DNA of 64,000 nucleotides from the human T2T-CHM13v2.0 reference genome, Homo sapiens. The DNA lies in the NCBI RefSeq assembly GCF_009914755.1, contig NC_060934.1; one strand, written 5' to 3'. This document shows positions 60,120 to 64,000 of the stretch, in pieces (the stretch's first letter is position 1; each line of letters begins with the position of its first letter). The notes beneath the pieces are model-generated. The model saw only the letters and a list, made by a program, of their open reading frames with translations, made no database searches and was not told the DNA's origin. The position numbers and the translations under genes were made by a program.

Positions 60120-60560
60120 CCCCCAACGCTTCCTGCTCTCCCCAATGACGCACACTAACTTAGTGTACTGTGACAGCTGCCTTGATTTACCACCAGTCCG
60201 GGAGGCCAACCGGGAGAAGGAACGTTCACATGGACGCAGGGCCTGAGACTGGCCTGGAGCCTAGTTTATAAAGCTGCCCTGTAATTCACCACAAATGTGT
60301 CACCATTAAAAGAGGAAAAAAAGGATTGCAGATAATAAATACTCTTTAATTTATTAGCTAACAACAAAGAGATCAGAGCCAGTTGTGATGTGATTGTTTG
60401 ACATAATATTGTCAAGGAAAAAAAAGCTAAGTTGACCAGAGAGGTAAATTACACATTCAAGCAGATGCATCAACTCTTGGCTTGTCATAAGCCCAGCTAA
60501 ACAAAACACCACACAGAGGGGAGGACTGGCCAAGAGCAGAGCCATTTATCTCTGAAAGAG
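60120..60560. promoter_or_regulatory. Candidate TALE/HOX enhancer
   Basis: TGACAG next to TGATTTAC, inverted TTGACA pair, AACAAAG, locally retained CpGs. Confidence 0.4.
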
Positions 60561-61299
60561 ACATATTCAAGAGCAAGTGAAATAAGACATAGTTCTTTTG
60601 GACTTGGTCAGAGGCCAGGTTTTAACTGTTATAAATTAAATGTTTTGTGTATAGGATTTGGCAATTCTAGTTGCCTTTGTCATGGTAGGGAGATGTTAGG
60701 TTTTTCTGCCTGTCTTAAACTCATGGTTTGGTCAGCTGGGGTGTGTGTCCTACTGCTAGATATTGGAGGATCACTACCTTTTGGTAATTAGCAGATATTG
60801 GGAAGGTTTCTGTATGTGGCTTGTGATAAAATCAGTGGCTTTAGAAAAACTTGTAATCGCCTTCGTTTTCTGCAATTCTTCCTCTACAGTTGTTGAGCAA
60901 TACTCACACAGGTCACCAGGCAGGAATTCATATTGATATTAGACTCGTGGAACCTGAGGATTGGAAGAAACATTTCATCCCGCATCCCACCCAGGACATG
61001 CAGACAGTTGTGTATGAGCGGGGCAACTTCCAGGGAGGCCAGGCATCTGCCGTGTGTTATTGTAACATAGCTCAGAGTCAACCAGTGCTTTCTGGGCTTT
61101 TATTTTTATATAAGCGACTGCCCAGCAAAACTCTCCCATCCCTTGCTTGGGAAATTGAGTTTTCAGATCTAAGTGGGTACTTTTGCTTTGTTTTGCATAT
61201 TATGGGTCTTTGGGTTTAGCCTATTGTTAGAACAGATTTCTGGGTTTTATTCAACAGTCTGGAGGCAAGGATAGAGTCCTGTGGGTAGGTTTAAGGACA

Positions 61300-62280
61300 T
61301 TGATTCATGGATCAACATTTTTTTGATGTAGTTAATTGATCTGCTATGAATTGCATCTCATTTATTTTATTTGTTGCAAAGCAATATCATGGGGGATTTT
61401 TGTTAGATGTCTTATTGAAATCAATTTATAATGTTTATGGTCTCACTGATCTACCAGCTGAATAACTGTTTCTAAAAGACAGAGCTAGAAGGCAGGGAGG
61501 GAGAGAGAGAGAGAGAAAGGGAGTGGAGAAGAGAGGGGGAGAGAGAGAGAGAGAGAGAGATTGATTTGGCCTAGCTCATTCTAGGTAAAAAGATGTACTA
61601 GCTCTTAAAAGTTGCTACTATCTTTTCAACGTGCTCATATATCATATATTTAACATAATTTTTTACAATTTTAGTGTCATTATTTTTAGAATCTTCTGTT
61701 CCTCCTTTAAAAAATCAACAAAAATATTTGCCCAAATTTGCTTTTTATCTGTATTTTTTCAAATATTAGTAACATTGTTTCCATGAGCAGATCTATAAGA
61801 ATTTTTTTGTTGTTGCTATTGTAAAATAAGATACTATTTGTATAGGTCTAGACACCAGGCATCTCCTATGTCTCATAAGCTCTCTAGGGCCTCATTCTTC
61901 CATTTCTTTTTTCTTTTTTACTTTTCACTCATCAGTCTAGCCCAAGGATATAATTTCATGATGGAGAAAATAATGACAAAACAAGAGCTTAGTTTTAATC
62001 ATTCTGCCTTTCCTCTGTCATTTGGGATTTCTTTTTTTAACAACCATTTTCCAACAGTAGACTTATTTTCTTCCTTTGAGCATGGTTTTCATAAGTGACT
62101 TCTTAAAATCTGAATTCACTAGAATATGCCCCATACAGTTATACTAGTTTGGTTTCTTTCACTGCTTCCCTATCCTCAAGCTTCCCCAACCTTCCTTCCT
62201 TGTTGTCAATATTCATAATTATATACTCAGAATTTCACTTTTAGTAGCATCCTTCCTTCTTGAATTTCATGTCCTATTAG
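61300..62280 (-). mobile_element. L3/CR1 ORF2 relic
   Basis: Minus strand of 61383-61425 reads IDFNKTSNK..PHDI (one frameshift), matching CR1 RT LDFSKAFDKVPHDIL. Confidence 0.55.
61494..61560. repeat. Purine-rich (GA)n low-complexity tract
   Basis: Directly visible. Confidence 0.9.
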
Positions 62281-62299
62281 GATCAATATCTGTGGAAAT

Positions 62300-62473
62300 T
62301 ACTATACTATACTATACTATACTATACCATACCATACCATACCATACCATACCATACCATACCATACCATACCATCCTATCCTATCCTATCCTATGCTAT
62401 GCTATGCTATGCTATGCTATGCTATGCTATGCTATGCTATGCTATGCTATGCTATGCTATACTATACTATACT
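62300..62473. repeat. Compound pentanucleotide array (TACTA)5(TACCA)10(TCCTA)4(TGCTA)13(TACTA)2
   Basis: Counted directly; all units in one register. Confidence 0.97.
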
Positions 62474-62699
62474 GAAATGCTATAGTCTCTTAAAAATAAA
62501 GCAAATCCAATCAAGAGTATTCATATATTTGTGTTCCAAAATATGCAAAGTTATCTCCAATTAGGCACGGTCACTTTCTCCTAGGGGTCTCATATCTTCC
62601 ATACCACCAATCTTTTTATTTTTTAAGTTTGATCATGTTGGCATTTGTTCTGCTATATAATGTATATTATGTTGCTACTTTTTGAATATGTTCACTAAA

Positions 62700-63140
62700 T
62701 GCACTTCTGCCTGATTTTCCTGGTTTCCAAAAAGGATTTTCCCTCTTCACCTCTTCTCCTCTCCTCTCTCTCTATTGGAAATACCTTTCTTTTCAGCAAG
62801 GTGTTCTCTTCCACTGTCACATTCTGGGCATGATTACCCACCACCGTGAGTTTAGTTCAAGTTCATTTTATTTTAGGAAGTTACGACCGGTTTTATAGGA
62901 ACAATGTGCCTTTATCATGTCAACTCCATGTTGAAAAACCTTTAGGGCCTCCTCCTCGCATTTGGGTTACAGCCACAAACCCTTAGCCTGGCTTCTGAGG
63001 TCCACTTAACCTTGAACTCAATGTACTTTTTTGGCCTAACCTTCCAGACTTTCCCTATTTTCACTCAGCCTTTCAAATCAACTGATCTGCTCATAGCCAG
63101 CAACATGATTTGTTCTTTTATTCGTTCACCTCTTTGGGCT
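62700..63140 (+). mobile_element. L2 fragment
   Basis: tcatgtcaactccatgttgaaaaacctttagggcctcctc...acaaacccttagcctggcttctgaggtcc. Confidence 0.55.
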
Positions 63141-64000
63141 TTCCCCCCAGACCTTTTCTAGTTTTCTTAATTAGAAAGTGAGTCACCAAAAAGGTCATTA
63201 AAATCAAGTCTTTCATTGCCTTTTGTTTTTTTCTCTATGAAGAATAAAATAATTTTATGGTGCAAAATGAACTTTTGAAGGCTAAGAAAGAACATAAAGT
63301 TTGGGCCAACCAAAATTAAAAGTGACTCACAATTAATACTACCAAAGAAGGCAATCTTCCGCTGTCCTTAAGTCAGCAAGGATTTATGAGAGTGCTTGAT
63401 GATTGTGTGTTGCATTTCCTCTGTTGGAAATGATACCTAGAATTTTAGAAGCATAGATTCTGAAGGATGACTTCATAATAAGGATTTTAGGAGCCCACTG
63501 TTACCCATCTCAACCTTGGATGCCTGAAATACACTGACATTCCTACACATGGCTACATATCATTCTTATTATTCAGTCCACAGCCATTGCCAGGATAGAT
63601 AAAAAGCAACTGTCATTTCACATCAGACCAAGCTAGGAAAGTATATCTTTCCTCAACCAAGAAGATGGAGTATGAACCAGACCACATGGCCCAGTGGATG
63701 GGAATTGATAGTGCATACAGTAGCTTTAAAGCAGCATGGAGCAAAATAGATTTAAATCATTCCGAAAGAAATAAATCCTAACAATGGATACATTGTGCTG
63801 AATGAAATGAAGCTCACAAAAGAATTGATTAGGAAGTATACCAAATGGAATAAAATGTAGCAGAAAGGCACATATTAGAGAGAATAAAATATGTTTCAGT
63901 CTGAAGGGGATTTAATTTACTAAGATACAACTGACCAGCTATAAAGCAGATGAATAACATATGTAGTCAAGTCAAATGGACATTCAATGGAAATAGGTTT

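Noticed and set aside
62292-62564. ORF with YHTIP / CYAML repeats
   Set aside because: Translation of the pentanucleotide array

Overview
Human non-coding genomic DNA (two human-lineage AluYb8 elements are present), most likely a large intron or gene desert. I find no supportable host protein-coding exon and cannot name the locus. A large share of the window is interspersed repeat: about 15 Alu-family elements (J, S, Yb8 and monomers), a 4.2-kb 5'-truncated dead L1PA3-like element, L1PA5/L1PB1/L1M fragments, a near full-length Tigger1, many MaLR and ERV1 solo LTRs (two multi-level nests), MER20/MER5, MIR, L2, L3/CR1 relics and a 7SL (SRP RNA) retropseudogene. Tandem repeats include a ~30-copy 24/27-bp minisatellite that is stop-free in all three + frames and a four-motif compound pentanucleotide array. 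Between the repeats lie several repeat-free, AT-rich blocks dense in homeodomain/TALE/SOX/FOX motifs that look like developmental enhancers; their conservation cannot be checked here. The most unusual signals are mutational footprints: a palindrome-perfecting template switch and a missing TSD in one AluYb8, and a non-tandem templated duplication inside L1PB1. I see no convincing novel multi-gene system. Repeat subfamily names come from recalled consensus diagnostics, not a database search, and boundaries of old repeats are approximate.
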